A DNA stretch of 64,000 nt from Thermodesulfobacteriota bacterium (GCA_964291405.2 OZ219926.1:2368001-2432000); one strand, 5' to 3'. Counted from the stretch's first letter, positions 37,678 through 47,998 are shown. A program made the numbers and translations. Notes: generated by a model from the letters alone, not told the origin.

Positions 37678-39450
37678 GTGGAGTCTTTAGGTGATTGGCA
37701 GCGGAGCTGCTACTGCGGGGAGCCCCGTGTGACCCAAGTCGGACAGCCGCTGACCGTGATGGGTTGGGTGCATTCCCGACGCGATCATGGCGGCGTGACC
37801 TTTGTCGATGTCCGCGACCGTTCCGGGTTAGTCCAAATTGTCTGTAACCCGCAAGTCAGCCCCGCCGCCCATACCCAGGCGAAAGAACTGCGGCTGGAAT
37901 ATGTGGTAGCCGCGAGAGGAAGGCTGGAACGGCGCTCGCCGGAGACGATCAATCCGAACATCCCAACCGGCGAAGTCGAGCTCGTCGTGGAAGAGCTGCG
38001 GGTGCTCAACGCCTCGCGGACGCCGCCGTTTCCGATTGATGCCGAGACCGATCTGGCGGAGAACACGCGGCTGCGGTATCGCTATCTGGATTTACGTCGG
38101 CCAAAGATGTTCGAGAACCTCCGCCTCCGGCATCGACTGGCCAAAGTGGTCCGCGATTATCTTGACGGCGAGGAGTTTCTTGAGGTTGAAACCCCGGTCC
38201 TGACTCGGAGTACCCCGGAAGGCGCGCGCGACTACCTCGTCCCGAGCCGGGTCATTCCAGGCGGATTTTATGCCCTGCCACAGTCTCCGCAGTTGTTTAA
38301 GCAGTTGTTGATGGTGAGTGGGATGGAAAAATACTTCCAGATCGTGCGCTGCTTTCGGGATGAAGACTTACGGGCCGACCGTCAGCCTGAGTTCACCCAG
38401 ATTGATATTGAGATGTCGTTTGTCCGACCGAATGATGTGTTCCAGCTTATTGAAGGCATGATGGTCCGGTTGTGTAAGGAAGTGAAAGGTATCGACATCC
38501 CCACCCCGTTTCCCCGGATGCCGTACAGCCAGGCGATGGCCCGCTTTGGGAATGATAAACCTGACATTCGGTTCGGCCTGGAAATCCAGGAGCTGTCCGC
38601 GTTGTTCAGTCAGACCGACATCAAGGTCTTTCGGCAAATCGTTGCCGACGGGGGTGTGGTGCGTGGACTGATCGTATCGGACGATCCGTTCTCCCGCAAA
38701 GAACTCGATGACCTGATTCCGCTGGCTCAGGATTTCGGTGCAAAGGGCCTGGCCTGGATTCGTCTGACCGAGGACGGGTGGCAGTCCCCCTTGGCGAAAT
38801 TTGTGAGTGACGACCGGAAACAGGAAATTGAGACGGCCCTCGGGCTCAAACCAAAGGACTTGTTGCTGCTGATTGCCGATCAGGAACAGGTGGCGTGTGA
38901 GGTGCTGTCACGCCTGCGCCTCTATCTGGGCGACAAACTCGGGCTGATTGCCAAAGATGATATGCGTTTCCTGTGGGTGACGGACTTTCCGCTGGTCGAA
39001 TACGACGCGGACGAGAAGCGCTATATGGCCAAGCATCATCCGTTTACCTCGCCCAACGACCAAGATTTATCCCTGCTTGAGACCGACCCAGGGAAGGTAC
39101 GGGCGTTTGCCTACGATGTTGTGCTGAACGGCGTCGAATTGGGTGGTGGCAGTATCCGGATTCACCGCCAGGACGTGCAGCAAAGAATTTTCACCCTGCT
39201 GGGTATCGGTGAGGAGGAGGCTCAGGAGAAGTTCGGATTTCTGTTGGAAGCTCTGTCGTATGGCGCTCCTCCCCACGGTGGGATTGCCCTGGGATTTGAC
39301 CGTCTGGCCATGTTGTTTGCCGGTATGGAATCGCTGCGCGAGGTCATTGCCTTTCCCAAGACGGCCCGCGCTCAGTGCCTGATGACGCAAGCGCCGGGCG
39401 GGGTCGATACCAAACAGTTGCGAGAGTTGAGTATTAAAGTCGATCTGTAA
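37678..39450 (+). CDS. aspS: Aspartate--tRNA ligase
   Basis: RRDHGG, YRYLDLRR, STPEGARDYLVPSR, FRDEDLRADRQPEFTQID, GAPPHGG. Confidence 0.97.
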   Translation: MESLGDWQRSCYCGEPRVTQVGQPLTVMGWVHSRRDHGGVTFVDVRDRSGLVQIVCNPQVSPAAHTQAKELRLEYVVAARGRLERRSPETINPNIPTGEVELVVEELRVLNASRTPPFPIDAETDLAENTRLRYRYLDLRRPKMFENLRLRHRLAKVVRDYLDGEEFLEVETPVLTRSTPEGARDYLVPSRVIPGGFYALPQSPQLFKQLLMVSGMEKYFQIVRCFRDEDLRADRQPEFTQIDIEMSFVRPNDVFQLIEGMMVRLCKEVKGIDIPTPFPRMPYSQAMARFGNDKPDIRFGLEIQELSALFSQTDIKVFRQIVADGGVVRGLIVSDDPFSRKELDDLIPLAQDFGAKGLAWIRLTEDGWQSPLAKFVSDDRKQEIETALGLKPKDLLLLIADQEQVACEVLSRLRLYLGDKLGLIAKDDMRFLWVTDFPLVEYDADEKRYMAKHHPFTSPNDQDLSLLETDPGKVRAFAYDVVLNGVELGGGSIRIHRQDVQQRIFTLLGIGEEEAQEKFGFLLEALSYGAPPHGGIALGFDRLAMLFAGMESLREVIAFPKTARAQCLMTQAPGGVDTKQLRELSIKVDL

Positions 39451-39452
39451 TT

Positions 39453-39506
39453 GATCTGTTGGGTCGGTAGGGTCGTAGGGTCAGACCCAAAGGACCCCAC
39501 TGACTC
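39453..39506. repeat. Family B inverted array, intergenic
   Basis: GGTCGGTAG GGTCGTAG GGTC / GACCCAAAG GACCCCACT GACTC. Confidence 0.6.
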
Positions 39507-39548
39507 TTTTCATGCCACCGCCGGACACGGTTCGGCATAATCATTAGC

Positions 39549-40964
39549 ATGCTGAGAACATGTGGTCGGCGCTTAGCCGTACTCGTATTGCTCTGGCACT
39601 GCCTTGCTCCATCCTCGTCACCGGCTGCGGAGACCTGTAGCACTATCCGTACGAGCTATAATCCGACGGCGGCTCTCCGGTCTGACGCTTTTACCTTGAC
39701 GCCCGACGATCCGCGCTGGTCCGCGTTTATCGAATGGGCCAAGGCGAAAAAGCTCTATACCTTTCAAGTCATCGGACTGAGCCAACCCCAAACGAGAGGG
39801 GAAGGGCCGCCCGGTATCGTCTTCCGCTGGGCCAAAGACACGGCCTGGCAAAATGATATTGTCCTCCCTTTTGGACAGGCCCTGGGACATATGATTGCCG
39901 AACGCCGCTGGCGAGACACTGACTTTCCAGAGTTTTTTTCCTCCCGCGGCGGCATATTCGGCGTTGATCTGGCCGAGCGACTGTCCGCCATGGATGCTCG
40001 AACATTAGGCCCCTGGCAAGAGTTCTTCCACAGCGTCACCGCACCCAAAAGTCCGGCACGGCCCCGGCTCAATGCCCGGCTGCTCAGTATTGCCCCAGAC
40101 GGGCAGTCGGCTTCGATTGCCCTTGGACAGGATCGGATAGCGCTCTATCTGGCAGACCGACTGCGGAGCGATTTGGCCTTGTTTTTGACAGATTGCACCG
40201 TTGCTGAATTCTTTGAGGAGTACGACACATCGAAGCAAGCAACCCCTGGTAAACGGGCTGAGACAACCGCTGAGGCGTCAGCCCTGGGCAAAGCCATCTA
40301 CACCAGTCAGTGTAGCGGCTGTCACGGCGAGGCTGGTGACGGGCAGGGCATACTGACACTGAGCTGGCTACCGCGACCGCGCAACTTCGTGCGTGGCTCA
40401 TTCCGGTATCGTTCCACACCCAGCGGCAGTCCGCCCACCGATGCGGACCTGTTCCGCACCGTGTCCGAAGGGCTGGCCGGGAGTGGGATGCCGGCGTTTG
40501 AGGCCATCCTCAGCGAGCAGGAGCGGCGAGATGTGGTGGATTATATCAAGCAATTCTCACAGCGTTTTTCCCCTGGGTCAGAGCCCTCACCAACGTCAGT
40601 TTCGGCGCCACCCCCTGAGACGGAACAACGCATCACCCGAGGCGCGTCGATCTACGTGGATTCCGGTTGTCCAAGTTGTCATGGGGCAGAGGGCAGGGGG
40701 GACGGGCGTTCGGGTCAGGACTTGAAAACCGCGGAGGGCGATCCCATCATACCCCGCGATCTCACCCATAAATGGAGTTTCCGTGGCGGCCACATGCCGA
40801 GCGATATCTATCGACGCATTGCCAATGGCATGGACGGCTCCTCTATGGCGGCATACGAAGAAGTGTTGGAGCCAAATGATCTGTGGGACTTGGTCTTTTA
40901 CGTGCTCTCGCTCTCTCCGGAGCAGCGGCCACAAGCCGGTCCTGGAGCGGAACACAAGAAATAA
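39549..40964 (+). CDS. Diheme c-type cytochrome with an unrecognised N-terminal domain
   Basis: Signal peptide, CSGCHG...PRPRNF...GMP and CPSCHG...PRDL...SMA. Confidence 0.8.
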   Translation: MLRTCGRRLAVLVLLWHCLAPSSSPAAETCSTIRTSYNPTAALRSDAFTLTPDDPRWSAFIEWAKAKKLYTFQVIGLSQPQTRGEGPPGIVFRWAKDTAWQNDIVLPFGQALGHMIAERRWRDTDFPEFFSSRGGIFGVDLAERLSAMDARTLGPWQEFFHSVTAPKSPARPRLNARLLSIAPDGQSASIALGQDRIALYLADRLRSDLALFLTDCTVAEFFEEYDTSKQATPGKRAETTAEASALGKAIYTSQCSGCHGEAGDGQGILTLSWLPRPRNFVRGSFRYRSTPSGSPPTDADLFRTVSEGLAGSGMPAFEAILSEQERRDVVDYIKQFSQRFSPGSEPSPTSVSAPPPETEQRITRGASIYVDSGCPSCHGAEGRGDGRSGQDLKTAEGDPIIPRDLTHKWSFRGGHMPSDIYRRIANGMDGSSMAAYEEVLEPNDLWDLVFYVLSLSPEQRPQAGPGAEHKK

Positions 40965-40974
40965 GGAGGAAAAC

Positions 40975-41808
40975 ATGGGCAGACTGGATGGAAGAGTCGC
41001 CGTGATTACGGGCGGAGCCAGCGGTATTGGAGCTGCAACAGTTCGTCTGTTCGCCGCAGAAGGAGCCCGGGTTGTGGTGGCGGATATGCAGGAGGACAGG
41101 GGCCAGGAGATGGCGCGCGAGCTGGGAGACCAAGGCGCTTTTGTCCAGGTGAACGTGACCCAGGAGGCCGAGGTCAAAGCGGCCATTGAGACCGCGGTCG
41201 AACGCTGGGGCCGGCTAGACTGTATTTACAATAACGCCGGCTTTGGCGGTGCGCTAGGGCCGATCGAGAGCATCAGCGTAGAAGACTACGATATGACCTT
41301 TGATGTGCTGCTCAAAGGCGTGTTTCTCGGTATCAAGCATGCCGCGCCCATCATGAAAAAACAGCAGTCCGGCAGTATTATCAGTACCTCCAGCGCGGCC
41401 GGCGTAGAAGCCGGCATGGCGACCCACCTCTACAGTGTGGCCAAGGCGGGGGTGATTCATCTGACCAAGTCGGTCGCCCTGGAACTGGGTGAGTTCAATA
41501 TTCGCGCGAACTGCATCTGTCCGGGTGCGATTGTGACGCCCCTGGCCGTTGGTCGGCCGTCGCCAACGGACAAACAGGTGGCCGGTCTGCGCAAAGGCGC
41601 GGCCCACCTGCATCCTCTCGGTCGGGTCGGCGAGCCGGAAGAGATCGCCAAAGCCGCCTTATGGCTGGCCAGTGATGACGCGAGTTTTGTGACCGGTCAG
41701 GCCCTGGCCGTAGACGGCGGGATCACCGCCGGCCGGCCCTGGCGCGACCTGCCCGAATTTCATCGCACGCCCCATCCGATCCGGATGTACCGCGTACCGG
41801 AAAAGTAG
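40975..41808 (+). CDS. Short-chain dehydrogenase/reductase
   Basis: TGGASGIG, NNAG, YSVAK. Confidence 0.92.
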   Translation: MGRLDGRVAVITGGASGIGAATVRLFAAEGARVVVADMQEDRGQEMARELGDQGAFVQVNVTQEAEVKAAIETAVERWGRLDCIYNNAGFGGALGPIESISVEDYDMTFDVLLKGVFLGIKHAAPIMKKQQSGSIISTSSAAGVEAGMATHLYSVAKAGVIHLTKSVALELGEFNIRANCICPGAIVTPLAVGRPSPTDKQVAGLRKGAAHLHPLGRVGEPEEIAKAALWLASDDASFVTGQALAVDGGITAGRPWRDLPEFHRTPHPIRMYRVPEK

Positions 41809-41814
41809 AACTCC

Positions 41815-41940
41815 GGGGATTGGGGATGAGGGGTTCAGGATTGGGGAAGGCGCAATGTAGGGGCAACCCCCTGTGGTTGCCCTTCCTAATTCCCCAGAAA
41901 ATCCCCTCCTTGGGGGGATGGCCGAAGGCCGGGGTAGGTT
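41815..41940. repeat. Mosaic of REP-like repeats between convergent genes
   Basis: GGGGATT-type heptamers, a GTAG-type REP (GTAGGGGCAACC...GGTTGCCCT) and a family C unit. Confidence 0.65.
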
Positions 41941-41945
41941 CTGTT

Positions 41946-42410
41946 CTATGACAGCGCCTCAATCACCTCGGCAGGCGCCTGTACCAGCTCAATCAACACG
42001 CCCTCGCCACACAGCGGGAAGTCCGCATTACCCTTGGGGTGGATGAAACACACATCATAGCCGGCCGCGCCCTTGCGTATGCCGCCCGGCGTGAACCGCA
42101 CACCCTGCTCGGCCAGCCATTTTTCAGCCGCGTGCAGGTCATCGATCCACAGACCGATATGATTCAGCGGCGGGTCCTGGACCTTGGGCCGTTTCTCCGG
42201 GTCGATAGGCTGCATTAAATCCACTTCCAGTTTGAGTGGTCCCGAGCCAATCACCGCAATGTCCTCATCCACATTCTCGTTCTCGCTACGATAGTTGCCG
42301 CTCAGGCTCAGCCCCAGGGTATCGACCCAGAACTTCCGTAGCGGATTCTTATCCAGCCCGCCTACCGCGATTTGTTGAATCCCCAGCACTCTAAACGGTC
42401 GCTCACTCAT
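41946..42410 (-). CDS. VOC-family protein (methylmalonyl-CoA epimerase-like)
   Basis: [32 protein letters not shown]. Confidence 0.8.
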   Translation of the reverse strand: MSERPFRVLGIQQIAVGGLDKNPLRKFWVDTLGLSLSGNYRSENENVDEDIAVIGSGPLKLEVDLMQPIDPEKRPKVQDPPLNHIGLWIDDLHAAEKWLAEQGVRFTPGGIRKGAAGYDVCFIHPKGNADFPLCGEGVLIELVQAPAEVIEALS

Positions 42411-42573
42411 TGTTTGCTTCCCTCGTATGCCATCAATATGGGGAGTTGTATCGGTTCCGGGAGGGGGGGACAATTGGGGAGGGTATTCGAGCTATCTAGG
42501 GGCTACTCAGCCATCTATTTTTGTTGACAAGCATTGGGAATCTTTTCAGCATAGAGAAATGGGCAATGACACG

Positions 42574-44037
42574 ATGAGTGAAAAAGACGGGAAAGAACCG
42601 GAATTGGTTCGTGACAACGGTAATGTGTCTCTCAATGACCTGCAAGCCGCCGACCAGACTGATCTTATCCGTATGGTGGTAACTGTCATTGAAAACGGGG
42701 ATATCCCCGAAGCACTACGCCTAAACACCTTCTTGGGGATAGCGCAGGAACCTGCCTATCGCGCTCTCCTATTAACCTGCATCAAAGAGAGTCAGTGGTG
42801 GAGAGACCCTACCGATGGATATGGTCCGTATGGAAGCTTCGATGAGTGTGCCAAGGAGGTCGCGGGCCTCAGTCCCTCCTCCTATGGCGATCTCATCCGC
42901 ACCTGGCAATGGTGGCGGGACAAACATAAAACTGCTGAGGAATGGATGCGCCACTGTCTATTGATTCGCTGGACTGCGTGCCGAGAGATACGGTTCGCCG
43001 ATATCCCGCCTGACAAGATTGCTGCCGTGGTGGAGGGTATTTCGCAAAAGGGCCTAAAAACAAAGGAGCTGCCCGAGTACCTTCGGCGATATAATCCGAA
43101 CTATCGCTCGAACCGGGAGCAGAAGACAAATTCAATACAGAAAGGACCAAAACCCAAACAAAAGGAAACATCATCTCCAGATAGATCATATTCTATAGAC
43201 GATATCCTGCGTGACGGCTGCTTTCTTGAGCGAACCAAACTGGAAAAAATTCTCGAACGCCTCTACGACAAGAAAAATCTAATCCTTCAAGGGCCACCCG
43301 GCACCGGGAAAACTTGGTTGGCCAAACGCCTTGCCTTTGCGCTTATAGGACAGCGAGATGACAGCCGGGTACGAGCCGTGCAGTTTCACCCAAACCTGTC
43401 ATATGAAGACTTCGTGCGTGGATACCGGCCTACGAGAGACGGCAAACTCAGTTTGGCTGATGGTCCATTTCTTGAGGTAGTGAATACGGCCAAAGACTCC
43501 TCTGCCTCCTATGTCGTCGTCATTGAAGAAATCAATCGTGGAAATCCAGCCCAGATTTTTGGCGAGATGTTGACCCTTCTGGAAGCTGACAAACGAACTC
43601 AGGCAGAAGCACTGGAGTTGAGCTATCGACGGACAGACGGCGAGCGTGTCTATATTCCCGATAATGTGTACGTGATTGGCACCATGAACGTTGCAGACCG
43701 TTCACTTGCTCTGGTTGATCTGGCGCTACGGCGACGTTTCGCGTTTATAGACCTGGAACCTGTCTTTGGAAAACCTTGGCGCGACTGGGTGCACAACCGA
43801 TGCTGTGTTGATCTGGACATCCTTACTGACATCGAAAAGCGAATCCAATCATTAAACGATGAGATATCCGCTGATACCAGCCTTGGTTCTCAATTTCGCA
43901 TTGGACACAGCTATGTCACCCCTCCGTCTGGAACATCTATTGACGATGGCCGGAACTGGTTTCGACAGGTAGTGGCAACAGAGATCGGGCCCCTGCTTGA
44001 TGAGTATTGGTTTGAGGCACCCGACAAAGCTAGGTAG
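42574..44037 (+). CDS. mcrB: McrB-family AAA+ GTPase with an atypical N-terminal domain
   Basis: GPPGTGKT, VQFHPNLSYEDFVRG, IEEINRG, GTMNVAD, LRRRF, IGHSY; upstream of mcrC. Confidence 0.9.
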   Translation: MSEKDGKEPELVRDNGNVSLNDLQAADQTDLIRMVVTVIENGDIPEALRLNTFLGIAQEPAYRALLLTCIKESQWWRDPTDGYGPYGSFDECAKEVAGLSPSSYGDLIRTWQWWRDKHKTAEEWMRHCLLIRWTACREIRFADIPPDKIAAVVEGISQKGLKTKELPEYLRRYNPNYRSNREQKTNSIQKGPKPKQKETSSPDRSYSIDDILRDGCFLERTKLEKILERLYDKKNLILQGPPGTGKTWLAKRLAFALIGQRDDSRVRAVQFHPNLSYEDFVRGYRPTRDGKLSLADGPFLEVVNTAKDSSASYVVVIEEINRGNPAQIFGEMLTLLEADKRTQAEALELSYRRTDGERVYIPDNVYVIGTMNVADRSLALVDLALRRRFAFIDLEPVFGKPWRDWVHNRCCVDLDILTDIEKRIQSLNDEISADTSLGSQFRIGHSYVTPPSGTSIDDGRNWFRQVVATEIGPLLDEYWFEAPDKAR

Positions 44038-44066
44038 GCCAGACAGCGCTTACTCGAAGGATTCTA

Positions 44067-45179
44067 GTGGCGACACCGATAGCAGCGGATACTGGTCAGG
44101 TTGGCCGGATTCCGGTGCGGAATCTCTGGCTATTGATGCTGTATGCGTCCAGTCTTTTTCGGTCTAGAGATCGCGAGAAAATCACGATTGAAGAGAATCC
44201 AGATGATATCCCCGATCTCGTGGCCGAAATCCTGACATTCCTGGTTGAGCGCCGTCTGAGGCGCAATCTGAGCTTCGGATACCAGCCTAAAGACGCGATC
44301 CTTGGCCGAGTTCGGGGACGCATAAACCTGTTGTATACGGAACGGCATCAGCTCTTGGACCGGGGCAGAGTTTCCTGTCGATTTGAGGAATTTCTCGTTG
44401 ATACTCCACGCAATCGCTACGTTCGTGCGGCGCTAGAAAAGATTGCAAAAATCGTTCGGCGTACCAACCTTGCTGACCGATGTAGTACTCTTGCCACGCG
44501 CTTGAGGCGAATGGGCGTCAGCGGAGAGAAACCCGACCGAAGTGAGATATCCGCTGACCAGTTTGGCCGTCACAATACCGACGATCGACAAATGGTGGCC
44601 GCAGCCCAGCTTGCTTTCGAATTGGCACTGCCCACTGAAGAGGCTGGCCAGCAGTCTCTTTTCATGCCAGATAGGGAAGAGAAGTGGGTGAGGCGTCTGT
44701 TCGAGAAGGCGGTCTCGAGCTTTTATGACGTTGTGCTGTCCGGCTCGGGCTGGCGGGTCCATCCTGGAAAGAGACTTCAGTGGCCTCAAGGTCACAAAAC
44801 CGCCGGAATCGACGACATATTGCCATCCATGCAGACCGACATTGTTTTGGATCACGTTTCCACGAGGAGTCGCATCGTCATCGACACAAAATTCACTGCT
44901 ATTGTTACTCAGGGACGGTACAGAAAAGAGGCTTTACGCAGCGGGTATCTTTATCAGATGTATGCGTATCTGAGGTCCCAGGAGGACAATGGAGACCCGC
45001 TGGCAGCCAGTGCAGCCGGCCTTCTGTTACATCCAGCAATTGGTGAGATGGTGGATGAGTCGGTGGTGATTCAAGGCCATAAAATACGGTTCGCAACCGT
45101 GGATCTTGGAGCCGAAGCAGGGGAAATACGAAGACAACTGCTGCAAGTGGTGGGGCTTTCCACGGCGTCTTATACTTGA
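44067..45179 (+). CDS. mcrC: McrC restriction nuclease subunit
   Basis: IPVRNLWLLMLYA, VRGRI, LFEK, MQTDIVL, IDTK, YQMYAYL. Confidence 0.9.
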   Translation: MATPIAADTGQVGRIPVRNLWLLMLYASSLFRSRDREKITIEENPDDIPDLVAEILTFLVERRLRRNLSFGYQPKDAILGRVRGRINLLYTERHQLLDRGRVSCRFEEFLVDTPRNRYVRAALEKIAKIVRRTNLADRCSTLATRLRRMGVSGEKPDRSEISADQFGRHNTDDRQMVAAAQLAFELALPTEEAGQQSLFMPDREEKWVRRLFEKAVSSFYDVVLSGSGWRVHPGKRLQWPQGHKTAGIDDILPSMQTDIVLDHVSTRSRIVIDTKFTAIVTQGRYRKEALRSGYLYQMYAYLRSQEDNGDPLAASAAGLLLHPAIGEMVDESVVIQGHKIRFATVDLGAEAGEIRRQLLQVVGLSTASYT

Positions 45180-45226
45180 TCGTGTCCAAGTCGATTTACC
45201 TGCTCAGATGTGCTACGTTTCGTGCT

Positions 45227-45475
45227 ATGGAACGTTTGAATCTGACACTGAATGATGAGACTTATCGGGAGCTTCAACGACACGCGAAACGAGTCGGAAA
45301 ACCCTGTGCGCGTCTTGCTCGCGAGATATTATCAGAAGGATTGTTGCAGCGGGCAGCCCAGGAGCAACGCGAGCGACTTGCACAGGATTATGCCGCCGGA
45401 CGAGCCGACACCCGTGAAGTGTTAGAGGACTGGGAGGGGGCTCAGGCCGAGTTGTTGACTGATGCCGATGCCTGA
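45227..45475 (+). CDS. Ribbon-helix-helix antitoxin
   Basis: MERLNLTL strand plus helices, acidic C-terminus; overlaps the mazF start. Confidence 0.75.
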   Translation: MERLNLTLNDETYRELQRHAKRVGKPCARLAREILSEGLLQRAAQEQRERLAQDYAAGRADTREVLEDWEGAQAELLTDADA

Positions 45476-45854
45476 GGATATGGGCTTCCACAGAGGCGAT
45501 ATTGTCTGGATTCAGTGTGATCCATCCGTAGGTGTGGAACCACAAAAGGTCCGAACGTGTGTCATCGTCTCAAATGACATTGCCAATCAGTACGGACAGG
45601 CGGTCACGGTCGTTCCGACTCAGGCATACACCGCAGCACGCGCACGGCGTGCCTATATGGTGGACCTGCGTAAGCCTCGATCGAATCTTACAGAAGCGCG
45701 TGTGGCAAATGCCTCGATGATTATGACATACGACCAGCGGAGGATCATCAGGCAGGCGGGACGCGTTTCAGAGCAGACGCAGGAGAAGCTTGACCGAGCA
45801 CTCGGGCTCCATCTCGGTTTAGCGCCCATCACACTCAAACGGAAGCCATCCTAA
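45462..45854 (+). CDS. mazF: MazF/PemK-family endoribonuclease toxin
   Basis: RGDIVW..DPSVGVEPQKVRTCVIVSND, VTVVP. Confidence 0.88.
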   Translation: MPMPEDMGFHRGDIVWIQCDPSVGVEPQKVRTCVIVSNDIANQYGQAVTVVPTQAYTAARARRAYMVDLRKPRSNLTEARVANASMIMTYDQRRIIRQAGRVSEQTQEKLDRALGLHLGLAPITLKRKPS

Positions 45855-45882
45855 CTGTACACCGGAACGAACTGAGGGGGGC

Positions 45883-45906
45883 GAGGGTTCGAGACCCTCC
45901 TTTTTT
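45883..45906 (+). terminator. Rho-independent terminator after the TA pair
   Basis: GAGGGT-TCGAG-ACCCTC followed by a T run. Confidence 0.65.
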
Positions 45907-45929
45907 AATGCCAGGATAGAGGTCTCGCC

Positions 45930-47453
45930 ATGCTGACACGAAGACGCTTTCTGACCGTTGCCACCCAGGCCGGTGCCGGTCTGGTGATAGCCCCGGCCAT
46001 ATTCCCCCGGCAACATAGCGCTCATGCTTCTGTGCTGGTCAACGATATCCACTCGCAACTGAACCCTACCTATGTAAGCGAGGTAGTAAGGCCAGACAGC
46101 CTGGCTGGCCTCCAGACTGCCGTGCAGCGGGGCGTCCAGACAGACAGGACCATCAGTATTGCGGGTGGGAGGCATGCCATGGGGGGTCAACAGTTCGGGG
46201 CCGATACCCTGCTGCTCGACACCCGCTCGATGAATCGGGTTCTCGCCTTCGACAGCGCGCGTGGATTGGTCGAGGTCGAGGCGGGTATACAGTGGCCGGA
46301 GCTGATCGACCATTTGATCAAAATACAGACAGGAGAAACGCAGCAGTGGGGAATTATCCAGAAGCAGACCGGTGCGGACCGGCTCTGTCTGGGCGGGGCG
46401 CTGGGCGCCAACGTTCACGGCCGCGGCCTGACGTTCAAACCGATCATCAACGATGTTGAATCCTTCCGGCTCGTGAATGCAAATGGAGAGGTAAAAGTGT
46501 GTAGCCGCTCTGAAAACAGTGAGCTGTTCGCGCTTGCGATAGGGGGATATGGACTCTTTGGCGCAATCGCAAGTGTCACCCTGCGCTTGATGCCTCGCCA
46601 GAAGCTTCGACGGGTAGTCGAGATCATCGATATAGACAAGCTTGTCCCTGCCTTTGAGCAACGTATCGCAGATGGATATCTCTATGGCGATTGTCAGTTC
46701 TCCATTGACCCGGAATCCGACGGATTTCTGAAGAAAGGCGTATTTTCTTGCTATCAGCCGGTTGCGATGTCCACCCCAATTGCTTCCGAGCAGAAGCGCT
46801 TAGAGCCGGACAACTGGCGCGAACTCAATTTCCTGGCGCATACGGACCCGAGTCGTGCGTTTGACATGTATTCGTCGTACTATCTTTCTACCAGTGGCCA
46901 GCTCTATTGGTCCGACACCCATCAGCTCAGTACATATCTTGACGACTACCACAAAGTGGTTGACCGACGGACCGGCGCGCACTGGCCTGGGACTGAGATG
47001 ATCACCGAGGTGTATGTTCCCCGGCCAGCACTGGCCACCTTCCTCGCTACCCTCGCTTCTGACTTTCGCCGTGACAAGGCCAAGGTCATCTATGGCACAA
47101 TCCGTCTCATTGAAAGGGACGAGGAGGCTTTCCTCCCTTGGGCGAAGGAGTCCTACGCCTGCATCGTGATGAACCTTCATGTGTCCCACAGTCCCCAAGG
47201 GATTGTGAAAGCAACGAACGACTTTCGGCGAATTATAGAGAGGGCCATTGAACAGGGAGGGAGCTACTTCCTGACCTACCACCGTTGGGCCACGCGCGGG
47301 CAACTAGACACCTGCTATCCGCAGTTTGCAGCGTTTCTGAAACTCAAGCGGCAGTACGACCCGAATGAGGTCTTTCAGAGCGACTGGTATCGCCATTACC
47401 GGCGCATGTTTGCCGACGTGGCATCCGGCGTTCCCTCACTCACACCCACTTAA
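45930..47453 (+). CDS. Tat-exported FAD-linked oxidoreductase (VAO/DprE1-like)
   Basis: TRRRFL signal, GGRHAMGGQ, ANVHG, GGYGLFG, YDPNEVFQS. Confidence 0.82.
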   Translation: MLTRRRFLTVATQAGAGLVIAPAIFPRQHSAHASVLVNDIHSQLNPTYVSEVVRPDSLAGLQTAVQRGVQTDRTISIAGGRHAMGGQQFGADTLLLDTRSMNRVLAFDSARGLVEVEAGIQWPELIDHLIKIQTGETQQWGIIQKQTGADRLCLGGALGANVHGRGLTFKPIINDVESFRLVNANGEVKVCSRSENSELFALAIGGYGLFGAIASVTLRLMPRQKLRRVVEIIDIDKLVPAFEQRIADGYLYGDCQFSIDPESDGFLKKGVFSCYQPVAMSTPIASEQKRLEPDNWRELNFLAHTDPSRAFDMYSSYYLSTSGQLYWSDTHQLSTYLDDYHKVVDRRTGAHWPGTEMITEVYVPRPALATFLATLASDFRRDKAKVIYGTIRLIERDEEAFLPWAKESYACIVMNLHVSHSPQGIVKATNDFRRIIERAIEQGGSYFLTYHRWATRGQLDTCYPQFAAFLKLKRQYDPNEVFQSDWYRHYRRMFADVASGVPSLTPT

Positions 47454-47844
47454 AAATCCGGGCGGCCTTGAGCGTATCCGCGTACTCTTCGATCCTGGCG
47501 ATTTTGCCGTCGCGACACTGATACACCCAGCAGTATTCGTTATCGTACTGCTCGCCGTCTTTGGACTTGGCGGAGATGGCGTGCTGGACCACCGCGGTGT
47601 CGCCATCGGCCAGGATGCGGTGGATGGTCAGGCGGAAGGTCTTCATATCGAACAGTTTCTTGGGTGTGTCGCCGCCCAGTTCGGCGGCCACCGCCTCCGG
47701 GCCTTCAATGACCCCAATCGGCGTGCTCTGGGGCGGATACCAGACAATGTCTTCGGTAAACAGCGACGCCAGCTTTTTCCGATCTCCGGTCGGCAGGGTT
47801 TCGTAATAGGTTTTGATTAAGGCCCGGGTTTCTTCTGTTTGCAT
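47440..47844 (-). CDS. NTF2/SnoaL-like protein
   Basis: LFTEDIVW, ADGDTAVV, YDNEY, DGKIARIEEYADT. Confidence 0.85.
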   Translation of the reverse strand: MQTEETRALIKTYYETLPTGDRKKLASLFTEDIVWYPPQSTPIGVIEGPEAVAAELGGDTPKKLFDMKTFRLTIHRILADGDTAVVQHAISAKSKDGEQYDNEYCWVYQCRDGKIARIEEYADTLKAARIFKWV

Positions 47845-47998
47845 GGGTTCGTCCTCCTCAGGATACGTTTCTCTTCCGCTGCCAACTTGTTTGCGTCCTC
47901 ATGGTCGGCTACTGTCCGAAACATTCTTCTACGAGTGTCGGATTTTTGACCCGCTCTCGACATTGAATAGGCGAAGACCATAATATAGGCGCAACCGT

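Noticed and set aside
37678-39450. Calling AspS non-discriminating from the RDHGG motif
   Set aside because: The second diagnostic position is not the expected Gly; ambiguous without an alignment.
45881-45900. GAGGG-TTCGAGA-CCCTC resembling a tRNA T-arm or att site at the defence islet edge
   Set aside because: No tRNA or integrase nearby; the following T run makes a terminator the simpler reading.
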